DNA of 64,000 nt from assembly GCA_965216755.1 (NCBI GenBank), contig CBDCGL010000011.1, forward strand, positions 3,328,001 through 3,392,000, given 5' to 3'. The notes below the pieces were generated by a model. That model saw only the letters and a program-made list of their open reading frames with translations. It was not told the origin of the DNA and searched no databases. Shown in pieces: positions 28,086 to 37,247 of this stretch. The DNA is from Alphaproteobacteria bacterium. Its GTDB lineage: Bacteria; Pseudomonadota; Alphaproteobacteria; UBA7887. The position numbers were made by a program, and so were the translations under genes. Within the stretch, counting starts at the first letter, position 1, and every line of letters starts with the position of its first letter.

Positions 28086-29461
28086 CCGGCACCGTTTATA
28101 TCGTGCATGCTGTCGATGCCGAGGGCCCGCTCTACGAATCCCTTACTGCCAAGTTCGAACGGCTGCACGACCTGTTCGGCGTGACCGATATCGCGCCAAC
28201 CGCCGATAATCTTGCTCGGTTGCAGCGCCAAGAGCTTGACTTGGGCGGCCAAGAAGTGGCGGTGGCCCGGGCGCTGTCTGCCCACCGCAATCGCTACATG
28301 GAAAGTTGGGATCAGGTCGACGGCATGCTCGATCGTGTCACCACGCCCGACTTTCGCGATCGAATGATTGACAGTGACGGACAGGGCTGGGTCTTCAACT
28401 GGTTTTGTCTAGACCATGTCGACTTTGCCTACAATCCGCGCCGGCGCGATATGGGCTACCATAATGTGTCCGATCACTATGCGGCGCGGCGTGCACAGAC
28501 GCCATCGCCCGACGAATTGCATTGGCATTTCCATCCCATGTCGACCTATGGCGATGCCCATCGGTGCGCGACACACTATTTTCGCACGGACCATGTCTTT
28601 CAGATCTTGTGCCGCAAGATCATCGAACGGGGCTGGTTTCCAAGCGTCTTTCGGGCCGGTTTTCAAACCGAGCGCCCGGATAGCCATTGGTTTCTGGAGC
28701 AATGGATTCCCTTCGACATTTCGAACATGGCGCTTGATGATAATCATGAGCTCGACAATAGTATAGATTTTCGTTATGGTCGCTCGGGTGACTGGCGGCG
28801 CGCACCGGCGGATTGGTCGGTATATCACCCGAGCCATGACGACTATCAGGTCCCGGGTCGTTGCCGGCGCTGGATCGGCCGGGCGCTGAACGTGTTGAAC
28901 CGATTGGCGGATATCGACCAGCGTGAAATGGACAAGGCGTTCGCGCGCGCGGCAGATGGCGCCGACGCCCTTGTTGGTTTGGCAAGCCACGATTTTCGTG
29001 ATCTTGGGCCAGAGGTCGACCATGTCCGCGCTTTGGTCGCCGCGGCCAGCACCAAACATCCGGGGGTTCGGTTTCGGTTTTGTGGTGCCCTGGACGCCTT
29101 CCAGAACGTTACCATGGCAACCGATACCGCCGCCTTGGATTTGGATGTGATTTTCCATCCGGCGGCCGATGGCGATGTCGCGCGTATCGAAGTGGTGACC
29201 CGCGCCGGCCGGGTGTTCGGTCCGCAGCCATTTCTTGCCATCGAAACACGGTCGCGGCGATTTCTGCATGACAATTTCGATTTCGCGCCGTGTGGCACGC
29301 GTTGGCACTACGCGTTTCACGGCGATACGTTGCCGATCGAAGACGTTGCCGGTATCGGCATCGCCGCCAATGATGTCCAGGGGCGCAGCTGCGTGCGCCG
29401 GTTGGCGTTCCCGGCGGTGGCACCACTTAGTGCGGCACCGGTTCCCGTCGCCGCACCGTGA
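28082..29461 (+). CDS. Uncharacterised protein, putative polysaccharide-deacetylase-fold metallohydrolase
   Basis: N-terminal VHAVDAEG, HWHFH, FRAG and SHDFR motifs in CE4-like order; GTGA-coupled on both sides. Confidence 0.55.
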   Translation: MTGTVYIVHAVDAEGPLYESLTAKFERLHDLFGVTDIAPTADNLARLQRQELDLGGQEVAVARALSAHRNRYMESWDQVDGMLDRVTTPDFRDRMIDSDGQGWVFNWFCLDHVDFAYNPRRRDMGYHNVSDHYAARRAQTPSPDELHWHFHPMSTYGDAHRCATHYFRTDHVFQILCRKIIERGWFPSVFRAGFQTERPDSHWFLEQWIPFDISNMALDDNHELDNSIDFRYGRSGDWRRAPADWSVYHPSHDDYQVPGRCRRWIGRALNVLNRLADIDQREMDKAFARAADGADALVGLASHDFRDLGPEVDHVRALVAAASTKHPGVRFRFCGALDAFQNVTMATDTAALDLDVIFHPAADGDVARIEVVTRAGRVFGPQPFLAIETRSRRFLHDNFDFAPCGTRWHYAFHGDTLPIEDVAGIGIAANDVQGRSCVRRLAFPAVAPLSAAPVPVAAP

Positions 29462-30216
29462 CGCCAGCCCGAATTGTCGCGCGCCTGGACATCAAGGGCG
29501 AAAACGTCATCAAAGGCGTGCATCTGGAAGGCTTGAAACTGGTCGGCAAGCCGGGCGATCTGGCGCGCCGCTATTATGCCGAGGGCGCCGACGAACTGAT
29601 CTATATGGATGTCGTCGCTTCGCTCTATGGGCGCAACAACATATTGGCGGTGGTCGAAGAGGCCGCCCGCGATGTGTTCATCCCACTCACCGTTGGTGGT
29701 GGCCTGCGCGGCCTTGATGACATTGTTGCCGCGCTCAGAAGTGGCGCGGACAAGGTGGCGATCAATACGGCGGCGATCGCGCGACCGGCGTTTCTGGACG
29801 AGGCGGCCAAAGCATTTGGCAGCCAGTGCATCATGTTGTCGGTTGAGGCCAAACAGCGCGCTCCGGGCCGGTGGGAGGCATTGACCGACAATGGCCGCGA
29901 ACGCACCGATATCGATGTTCTGGCTTGGGTGGCCGAGGCCGAGCGGCGGGGTGCGGGCGAGATCTTGCTGACCTCGGTGGATCAGGAAGGCACGCAAAAG
30001 GGATTTGATGTCGAACTGATACGGGCCGTGCGCGAGCGCGTGCGCATTCCGGTGATTGCCTGCGGGGGCGCTGGATGCGGCGATCATGTCGGCGCCATGT
30101 TGGCGGAAACCGCGTGCGACGCGGTCGGTTGCGCGTCACTGTTTCATTACGATCTGTGCGCGATCCCTGATTTGAAAAACACGCTTTCGGCCAGAGGGCA
30201 GCGCGTGCGCCGATGA
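29458..30216 (+). CDS. hisF: HisF-like cyclase homolog, copy 2
   Basis: RLDIK...IKG, GADEL, PLTVGGG, GADKV, GAGEILLTSVD. Confidence 0.9.
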   Translation: MTPARIVARLDIKGENVIKGVHLEGLKLVGKPGDLARRYYAEGADELIYMDVVASLYGRNNILAVVEEAARDVFIPLTVGGGLRGLDDIVAALRSGADKVAINTAAIARPAFLDEAAKAFGSQCIMLSVEAKQRAPGRWEALTDNGRERTDIDVLAWVAEAERRGAGEILLTSVDQEGTQKGFDVELIRAVRERVRIPVIACGGAGCGDHVGAMLAETACDAVGCASLFHYDLCAIPDLKNTLSARGQRVRR

Positions 30217-30827
30217 TCGCCATTGTCGATTATGGCCGTGGCAACTTGCTCAGCATCGCCCAAGCCGTGCGCCACGTTGGCGGCACATGCGAAGTGACAT
30301 CGGACAGTGATCGGCTGTGCGCGGCACGGCACGTTATCCTGCCGGGGGTCGGTGCTTTTGGCGATGCCATGCGCGGCTTGGTGGACCGCCGGTTGGCGGC
30401 GCCCTTGCGCGACATCGTTGGCCGCGGCACGCCGCTGTTGGGTATTTGCTTAGGGATGCAAGTGTTAACCGATTCGAGCACCGAATTTGGCCGCCATGAT
30501 GGTCTCGGCTTTATGTCGGGCCATGTTGAGCGGCTGCCCGAAGGCGCTATGCGCATCCCCAACGTTGGCTGGCGGCCGTTGCACTGCAACCGCGCGGACG
30601 ACTTCACGGCCGGCCTGCCGGACGGGGCGATGATGTATTTCGTTCACTCCTATACCCCGGTTATGGCGAATGTCGCCGACGTCACGGCCACGATTGCGAT
30701 CAATGGTCGCGACATAGCCGCGATCATCCGCAAAGAGCGTGTCATCGGCTGTCAGTTTCACCCGGAAAAAAGCGGGCCGGAGGGACTCAACCTGATCCGC
30801 AATTTCGTCAATCTCCCGGCTGATTGA
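30213..30827 (+). CDS. hisH: HisH-like glutamine amidotransferase, copy 2
   Basis: DYGRGN, LPGVG, GICLGMQ, YFVHSY, QFHPEKS. Confidence 0.9.
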   Translation: MIAIVDYGRGNLLSIAQAVRHVGGTCEVTSDSDRLCAARHVILPGVGAFGDAMRGLVDRRLAAPLRDIVGRGTPLLGICLGMQVLTDSSTEFGRHDGLGFMSGHVERLPEGAMRIPNVGWRPLHCNRADDFTAGLPDGAMMYFVHSYTPVMANVADVTATIAINGRDIAAIIRKERVIGCQFHPEKSGPEGLNLIRNFVNLPAD

Positions 30828-30849
30828 CGGCCGGCCTGTTAGGAAATCC

Positions 30850-32097
30850 ATGGCAAACAAAGTAACGACGACGGTTGACGACAACGGGGAAACGCTAGAG
30901 GTCAAATATGGCCTGCCGGCGGAGGTGCGGTTTTGTAAGAAATGTGTCATCTCCAATCAACGGCCGGCGTCAGCTGTCGAGTTTGCCCACCGCCGCGATT
31001 CGAAAAAGACCACCATTCGATTTGATGCCGACGGCATTTGCGACGCCTGCCGCTATGCGGAACAGAAAGACGCCGGCATCGATTGGCAGGACCGTGAACG
31101 GGAACTGATGGCGCTGTGCGACAAATTCCGCTCGCGCAACGGGTCTTACGACTGCTTGGTCCCTGGATCGGGCGGTAAGGATTCGGTCTACGCCTCGCAT
31201 ATTCTCAAGGCCAAATATGGCATGACGCCGCTGACCGTGACATGGGCGCCGCATCTTTACACCGACGTCGGCTGGCAGAATTTCCAGAACTGGTTGCATG
31301 TCGGCGGTTTTGACAACTACCTGTTTACGCCCGACGGCCGCGTGCATCGCATATTGACTCAACTGGCGTTCCGAAATTTGCTGCATCCGTTTCAGCCGTT
31401 CATTTTTGGGCAGAAGAATTTTGCCCCCAAAATGGCCATGCGGTTTGGCTTGCCGTTGGTGTTTTACGGCGAGAACGAGGCTGAGTATGGCAATCCCATC
31501 GACGAGAATGTCAGCGCACGTCGCGATGCCGACTATTTCGCCCGCCATGAGGGCGACAACAAAGCGCTGTTTTTTGGTGGGGTCGCCATGGAAGATTTGC
31601 CCGCGCACGGTATCGCGCGCGGCCAGATCGAGCCCTATTTGCCGGCCGATATCAGCGCCATGCGCGACGCGCAAATCGAGGTCCATTACCTTGGCTACTA
31701 TCTCAAATGGACACCCCAACAGAACTACTACTATTCGGTCGAACATGCCGGCTTTCGAGCCAATGATGAACGGACGGAAGGCACCTATTCCAAATACAAC
31801 AGCATCGATGACAAGACCGATCCCTATCACTATTGGACGACGTTGGTGAAGTTCGGTATCGGTCGGGCCACTTACGACGCGTCTCAGGAAATTCGCAACC
31901 ACCACATTACGCGCGACGAAGGCGTCGCCTTGGTACGGCGTTACGATCAGGAGTTTCCGCGCAAATATTTCGCCGCGTTCTTGGATTATCTGGCGATGGA
32001 CGAGGCCGAGTTTTTTGCCATAGCCGATTCGTTTCGCTCGCCACATTTGTGGCGGCTGACGCCCGATGGATGGCAATTGCGCCATGTGGTGACGTGA
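30850..32097 (+). CDS. N-acetyl sugar amidotransferase (PseA/PtmG/WbpG family), copy 2
   Basis: CKKCVISNQRP, CDAC, PGSGGKDS, SIDD, KFGIGRAT. Confidence 0.92.
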   Translation: MANKVTTTVDDNGETLEVKYGLPAEVRFCKKCVISNQRPASAVEFAHRRDSKKTTIRFDADGICDACRYAEQKDAGIDWQDRERELMALCDKFRSRNGSYDCLVPGSGGKDSVYASHILKAKYGMTPLTVTWAPHLYTDVGWQNFQNWLHVGGFDNYLFTPDGRVHRILTQLAFRNLLHPFQPFIFGQKNFAPKMAMRFGLPLVFYGENEAEYGNPIDENVSARRDADYFARHEGDNKALFFGGVAMEDLPAHGIARGQIEPYLPADISAMRDAQIEVHYLGYYLKWTPQQNYYYSVEHAGFRANDERTEGTYSKYNSIDDKTDPYHYWTTLVKFGIGRATYDASQEIRNHHITRDEGVALVRRYDQEFPRKYFAAFLDYLAMDEAEFFAIADSFRSPHLWRLTPDGWQLRHVVT

Positions 32098-32804
32098 CCG
32101 CGGCGGGTGGACTTCTCATTGTGGTACCCGCCCGTGGCGGTTCCAAGCGCTTGCCTGGCAAGAATCTGGCGCGGATCGCCGGACATAGTTTGCTGGCCCA
32201 TACGGCGGCGGTCATACGGGTCGCCGGCCTGTCGGCGCCGGTCGTGTTGAGCACCGATGACGACGACATCGCGGCAGAAGGAGCACGGCTCGGTTGGCAC
32301 GTGCCTTTTCGCCGGCCGGCGCGTTTGTCGGACGATCAGGCGACCACTGTGGATACGGTGCGTCACGCGGTCGATTCCTATCGTGCGGCAACAGACTATA
32401 ACCCTGACACCGTCATGGTGTTACAAGCAACATCGCCGTTTCGCCCGCCAAACTTGCTGTCCGAAGCGGTCGACATCCTGCGGTTGCGGCCCGCCGTGGA
32501 TGCGGTCGTCGCCATCAGTCCGTTGGCGCGCAGCCCGCGCACTGTGTTCCGGTGCCAAGACGGCGATTCCCTGGTGCCGGTTGGCGACGACACTGCGCCG
32601 CTGTATACGCCCAACGGCGCTTTGTACCTGATTCGTTCAACTGTTCTCTCTGTGTACCAAGATTTTTTTCCGCCGCGCACCGTTGGGGTGCCGGTGACGC
32701 GCGATCGGGCGCTCGATATCGATACGGTCGACGACCTTGCTTTGGCGGCGCTGATGGCCGCTGACCGACCGAACTTGGTCGCCGCTGCGGGGCTGACGCC
32801 GTGA
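32094..32804 (+). CDS. neuA: CMP-nonulosonic acid synthetase (NeuA/LegF type)
   Basis: PARGGSKRLPGKN, STDD, RRP, LQATSPFR, NGALY, DIDT; GTG start 32094. Confidence 0.88.
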   Translation: MTAAGGLLIVVPARGGSKRLPGKNLARIAGHSLLAHTAAVIRVAGLSAPVVLSTDDDDIAAEGARLGWHVPFRRPARLSDDQATTVDTVRHAVDSYRAATDYNPDTVMVLQATSPFRPPNLLSEAVDILRLRPAVDAVVAISPLARSPRTVFRCQDGDSLVPVGDDTAPLYTPNGALYLIRSTVLSVYQDFFPPRTVGVPVTRDRALDIDTVDDLALAALMAADRPNLVAAAGLTP

Positions 32805-34645
32805 AGCGCGTGCTGCCCTACTTGTTGCCGCCGGAATGGCGCAATCAGCTGCGCACATTGCGGCACCTGAATCTGATCTTTTGGCCCGACGCGCTGATTA
32901 TTGGTGCCAGCGGCGTAGCGGCGTTGGCGTTCGAAGTGTTCAGCGTCGCGATGATCTTGCCATTGCTGGACTATATCGAAGCGGGCCGCGACATAGCGGT
33001 GTTGACCGCGCGATCGCAGTTATGGCGCATGATCGCCGACGTTGCCGGCGTGCTAAACGTGCCGATATCTTTGGCATCGCTGTCGGCGACCATCGTTGTT
33101 CTGGTGGTGCTGCGCCAAATCGCCAATTACATCCATATGCTGCAGGTCATTCGGATCAAGCAACGCGTTGGCCGCGATTTGTCGGCGACGTGTTTTCGCG
33201 CGGTTCTCGAGAGCAGCGCGGCATTCATGAAAGATGTTAATTCGGGCAAATTCGTCAATTTGCTTAACAATCAGTGCCAGCATGTGGCGTCACTGATCCG
33301 CAGCTATGCGGCGATCGTGCAGACATTGTTGTCGTTCTTGGCCTATGGCACGGTCATGGTGGTGACCGCGCCCGGCGCCAGTTTGTTGGCACTGGCCGTG
33401 GCGGTATTGGTGGTGTTGAGCTTGAGCCGCTATATCCGCATGTCGCGGCGAATCAGCCAGCGTACCATGCAGGTGCGCCGTGAATTCTGTGGCTTTATGG
33501 CCGAACGCCATCAAGCGTGGCCGGTCATCAAATTGTCCGACACGCTGCCCACCGAGACCGAGAAATTCATCGCGTGGGCACAGCGGTTCTTTCATCTCAG
33601 CGTCGATTTGCAACGGGTCGCCGGGCGCATCCAATTGATTGTGGCGCCGCTGATGACGGCATGCGCGTTGGCCGCGCTCTATGGCGGTGTCGAATATTTC
33701 GCTCTCAGCCTATCGGTTGTCACGCTTTTTGTTCTGATGATCTTGCGTTTGGTGCCGGTCGCCCAAGGCTTGGCCAACCAACGGCAGGCCTTGGCGACCC
33801 ATGGCGCTGCGCTTGACGAGGTGGTCGAAACACTCGCGGCGGCGCGCCAACATCGCGAGCGGGATACCGGAACCGCGCAGTTCGAAGGTGTGGCTAAAGC
33901 CATTACCTTCCGCAATGTCCATTTTCGCTATGCAACCAGTGACCGCGCTGCGATCAATGGCGTCGATGTCACCATCCCGGCGGCGGCGATGACCGCGGTG
34001 ATGGGCCCATCGGGGGCCGGCAAGTCGACCCTGGTTGATATGATCCCGCGTCTGGTGGGGCCCGACAGCGGCACGATCTTACTCGACGGCCAGCCGCTTG
34101 AGTCTTTCACATTGTCCAGTTTGCGCCGCGGTATTTCCTATGCCCCGCAACAGCACTTTGTATTCAACGCTTCGGTGACCGAGAACGTGCGCTATGGCCG
34201 ACCGGACGCCGCCGAAGCCGACGTTAGGGCGGCGTGCGAGGCCGCGCACGCGGCGTCGTTTATCGAACGATTGCCGCAAGGCTACGATACCCTGTTGGGC
34301 GAAAGTGGCGGGCGGCTGTCCGGAGGGCAACGCCAGCGGATCGCGCTGGCGCGGGCGTTTGTATCGCGCGCGCGCATTTTGATTTTGGACGAGCCGACCA
34401 GCGAGTTGGACTATGAGTCGGAGCGGGAGATCCGCGCGGCACTGGAAACCATGGTGCGCGCCGCGGGCATGACCGTGATCGTCGTCGCCCATCGCATGAG
34501 TACGGTGCGCAGCGCCGACCACGTCGTCGTTTTGACCGACGGACGCGTGCTGGAACAAGGACCGCCGGCGGCGCTTGGTCATGACGATCAGTGGTACGGC
34601 GCCATGTTGGCGCTGGACCGCGGCGCGTCGGCAGCGGCTGAATGA
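32801..34645 (+). CDS. ABC half-transporter (TMD+NBD), PglK/MsbA-like glycan flippase
   Basis: N-terminal TMD with extended first external loop; [27 protein letters not shown]. Confidence 0.85.
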   Translation: MKRVLPYLLPPEWRNQLRTLRHLNLIFWPDALIIGASGVAALAFEVFSVAMILPLLDYIEAGRDIAVLTARSQLWRMIADVAGVLNVPISLASLSATIVVLVVLRQIANYIHMLQVIRIKQRVGRDLSATCFRAVLESSAAFMKDVNSGKFVNLLNNQCQHVASLIRSYAAIVQTLLSFLAYGTVMVVTAPGASLLALAVAVLVVLSLSRYIRMSRRISQRTMQVRREFCGFMAERHQAWPVIKLSDTLPTETEKFIAWAQRFFHLSVDLQRVAGRIQLIVAPLMTACALAALYGGVEYFALSLSVVTLFVLMILRLVPVAQGLANQRQALATHGAALDEVVETLAAARQHRERDTGTAQFEGVAKAITFRNVHFRYATSDRAAINGVDVTIPAAAMTAVMGPSGAGKSTLVDMIPRLVGPDSGTILLDGQPLESFTLSSLRRGISYAPQQHFVFNASVTENVRYGRPDAAEADVRAACEAAHAASFIERLPQGYDTLLGESGGRLSGGQRQRIALARAFVSRARILILDEPTSELDYESEREIRAALETMVRAAGMTVIVVAHRMSTVRSADHVVVLTDGRVLEQGPPAALGHDDQWYGAMLALDRGASAAAE

Positions 34646-35613
34646 ACACCGGCACGGGTTCTGAAGACCTGGCCCAGTGGGGTGAGACCGACACCGCGTT
34701 TCATCCTTTGGTTGTCAGTGGGCCGCCGCGTTCGGGCACGACTCTGCTCTATAGTTTGTTTGATCATCATCCCGATGTGTTCTGGTTGGTGACGGAAGGT
34801 TATCTGTTCGAATATCTCTATGACATGCCGCAGCAGGCGACGGCACAGTTTGTCGATGCTCTATCCCTCTCCGTGCCGGCGATCATCGATGGCTTGCGCG
34901 CCAAGCATGTCATGCCGCCTTTGCATCAAAACGTTCGCTTAGGGACCACCAATCCCGTCATCGCCCAGGAAACGGTTGCCCCGGCGTGGTCGGATACGGC
35001 GTTCGAAGCTGCGTTCGCCGGCGCGCCGGTCCGCGATGTCGCCGAGCTGTGGTATCGGTTGGCGCGTGCCTACGCCGCCGCGCTCGACAGCCCGCCGAAA
35101 AGGTTTTGTTGCATCAAAGCGCCGGACTATGGCCGATCCGCCGTGGTTGCCACGACACATATCGCGGCGGCCAAGGCGATCATTATTGTGCGCCATCCGT
35201 TGCGGGCGTTGGACAGTCTCAAGCGCGTCCGCGAACTGCGCGACGACGAGGCAAAGCGCTTGACCTGGCCGGTCTTGGCCCGTTGTGTCGCCGACATGAA
35301 CGCCATGGCCGCGCGTCTGGCGGCGTGCGACCCGGACCGCGTGACATGGTTACGCTACGAGGGTTTGACCGCCGATCCGCAGTCGACCATGCGCGGCTTG
35401 GCACAGTGGGCGGGATTGCAGTATTGCGAGACGCTGGCACGGCCGAGCGCGTTCGGCCGCGACACGCCAAGCAATTCAAGTTTCGCGGCTGTTCACGGCA
35501 TCCGCAACGACGGCGAGGACCGGGCATTACAACGGCTCACCGATGAAGAGGTGGATTATATTTTGCGTAACACCGAAACGTTTCGCCGTTTTTTCGCCTA
35601 TCCAGACACTTAG
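34642..35613 (+). CDS. Sulfotransferase (PAPS-dependent)
   Basis: SGPPRSGTTLL..LFDHHP, IKAP, IVRHP....S, LRYE. Confidence 0.85.
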   Translation: MNTGTGSEDLAQWGETDTAFHPLVVSGPPRSGTTLLYSLFDHHPDVFWLVTEGYLFEYLYDMPQQATAQFVDALSLSVPAIIDGLRAKHVMPPLHQNVRLGTTNPVIAQETVAPAWSDTAFEAAFAGAPVRDVAELWYRLARAYAAALDSPPKRFCCIKAPDYGRSAVVATTHIAAAKAIIIVRHPLRALDSLKRVRELRDDEAKRLTWPVLARCVADMNAMAARLAACDPDRVTWLRYEGLTADPQSTMRGLAQWAGLQYCETLARPSAFGRDTPSNSSFAAVHGIRNDGEDRALQRLTDEEVDYILRNTETFRRFFAYPDT

Positions 35614-35631
35614 CCGCATGGAGCCTTAGGC

Positions 35632-37212
35632 GTGGAACAAGATATTAAAGAGCCGGCGACGGATACGCGCACGGCCATCGAAGACCAGCCGCCGCCGCCG
35701 CGATGCGTCATGATTTCCGCCTTGACGCTTTACGAATGGCTGAATACAGCGATCAGCGACGTGATGCGGCGCCGTTATGGTACGCGCTTCGTGGTGTTGG
35801 TGGGCAGTCCGCGTCAGGCACAGACCGTGGCGCGCTGGTGCCGCGAGGACGATCGGATCATCCAAATGGATGACATCGCGGCCGACAGCCGCGCGTTGTC
35901 GGGGACGCTCTCAGACGACGATGTCTTCGCGCAAGCGCGCGCCATCGAGGCGCGCTATGAAATCGCTTACTTTCGCGACGTGGTGCAACAGGATCGCACC
36001 ATCTATGGCGGGTACTTGGCGTATGCCGATGGGCCTTTGGCGGACGTGAAACCGCCGGCCGCGGTCGATCTGTGCCGCCAAATCAACGGCTACTTTGCCA
36101 TGTTCGAAAAGCTGTTCGCGGCGCACGGCGTCGATTTGGTATTGAGCCGCCCGGGCAGTCTTATGGACACCAGCGCTCTATACGTGGCCATGGGCCAAGG
36201 ACTACCGGTGACCATGGCCCGCCATGCCCGGATCGGTTCAAAGGTCACCTGGACGTTTGGGCCCTACAGCAACGGATATTTGGCGCAGCAACGTTACGAA
36301 CAGACGCCGGAGACCGCGGCCGTGCCATTGGATCAGGTGCGACCGCCCAGCAGCGCAGCCAAGGTTTTCGCCGCATTTACGACGCGCTATGGCTGGCGGG
36401 GCGTGGCCAAGGAACTGTTGGTGATGAGCCACACCTATTTGGTGAAGTATTTTATTCCGTTTTTGAAGACAGGGCGTTTTAATGCCATGCGGCCCTATCG
36501 CAAGGCGATCTTCGGCATTCTGAAAACCGCCCGCGCGGCCCGCTGGATGAAGGGTGTTGCGATCGCGGATTTGGATCGGATCGCGGAACAACCATTTGTT
36601 TTCTTTCCTTTGCCCAAGGAACCGGAATATACCGTGCAGTCGTTGGCACGGAATTTCAGTAACGTCCAAGCCATGATCGAACAACTGTCGCTGTCATTGC
36701 CGGCCGGCTTTCGTCTGGTCGTCAAGGAGCATTCGCGGCTCGGCGACCGGCGGCGGACGTTTTATCGTGACCTTTTGAAGTTGCCCAACGTCGTATTTGC
36801 AGACCCGACTCTGCCGGGCGTTGACGTCAGCGCGCGCGCATGTGCCGTCGCCACGGTCGCTGGCACCGCGGCCTTTGAGGCCTTATCGCTGGGCAAACCG
36901 GCGATTGTTTTCGCCAGCGACGTCGAATACGGTTTTCTCCCAGATATTTATTTGGTGAGGCAATTTGCCGACCTGCCGATGATCGTACGCCACGCGGTTG
37001 CCGAACGTAGCGCGGCCAAGGCGTTGGCCACGCGCCAGGCCGCGGCGCGCTTTCGCGCCGCCTATGGTCAGTTGTCTTTCGACGCTGACGGCACCAAGGC
37101 TTTTGGTGGCACGGCGGCGTTGCCCATGGACCAAGCCGAACGCGCGGTCGATTTATTGCTGGAGACGGCCAGCGCCGCGCGCGCTTATCTCGCCGCCGGC
37201 AACAAGCTGTAA
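35632..37212 (+). CDS. KpsS/Capsule_synth-like glycosyltransferase, candidate NulO transferase
   Basis: FVFFPLPKEPE, LVVKEH, TVAGTAAFEAL.LGKP. Confidence 0.7.
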   Translation: MEQDIKEPATDTRTAIEDQPPPPRCVMISALTLYEWLNTAISDVMRRRYGTRFVVLVGSPRQAQTVARWCREDDRIIQMDDIAADSRALSGTLSDDDVFAQARAIEARYEIAYFRDVVQQDRTIYGGYLAYADGPLADVKPPAAVDLCRQINGYFAMFEKLFAAHGVDLVLSRPGSLMDTSALYVAMGQGLPVTMARHARIGSKVTWTFGPYSNGYLAQQRYEQTPETAAVPLDQVRPPSSAAKVFAAFTTRYGWRGVAKELLVMSHTYLVKYFIPFLKTGRFNAMRPYRKAIFGILKTARAARWMKGVAIADLDRIAEQPFVFFPLPKEPEYTVQSLARNFSNVQAMIEQLSLSLPAGFRLVVKEHSRLGDRRRTFYRDLLKLPNVVFADPTLPGVDVSARACAVATVAGTAAFEALSLGKPAIVFASDVEYGFLPDIYLVRQFADLPMIVRHAVAERSAAKALATRQAAARFRAAYGQLSFDADGTKAFGGTAALPMDQAERAVDLLLETASAARAYLAAGNKL

Positions 37213-37247
37213 CGTTAGTCCCCGATGCGATCCCTGGAGCATAAACT

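Noticed and set aside
18879-30827. hisH/hisF as histidine biosynthesis genes
   Set aside because: No other his genes are present, each pair is coupled to an N-acetyl-sugar amidotransferase, and HisF catalytic residues are altered.
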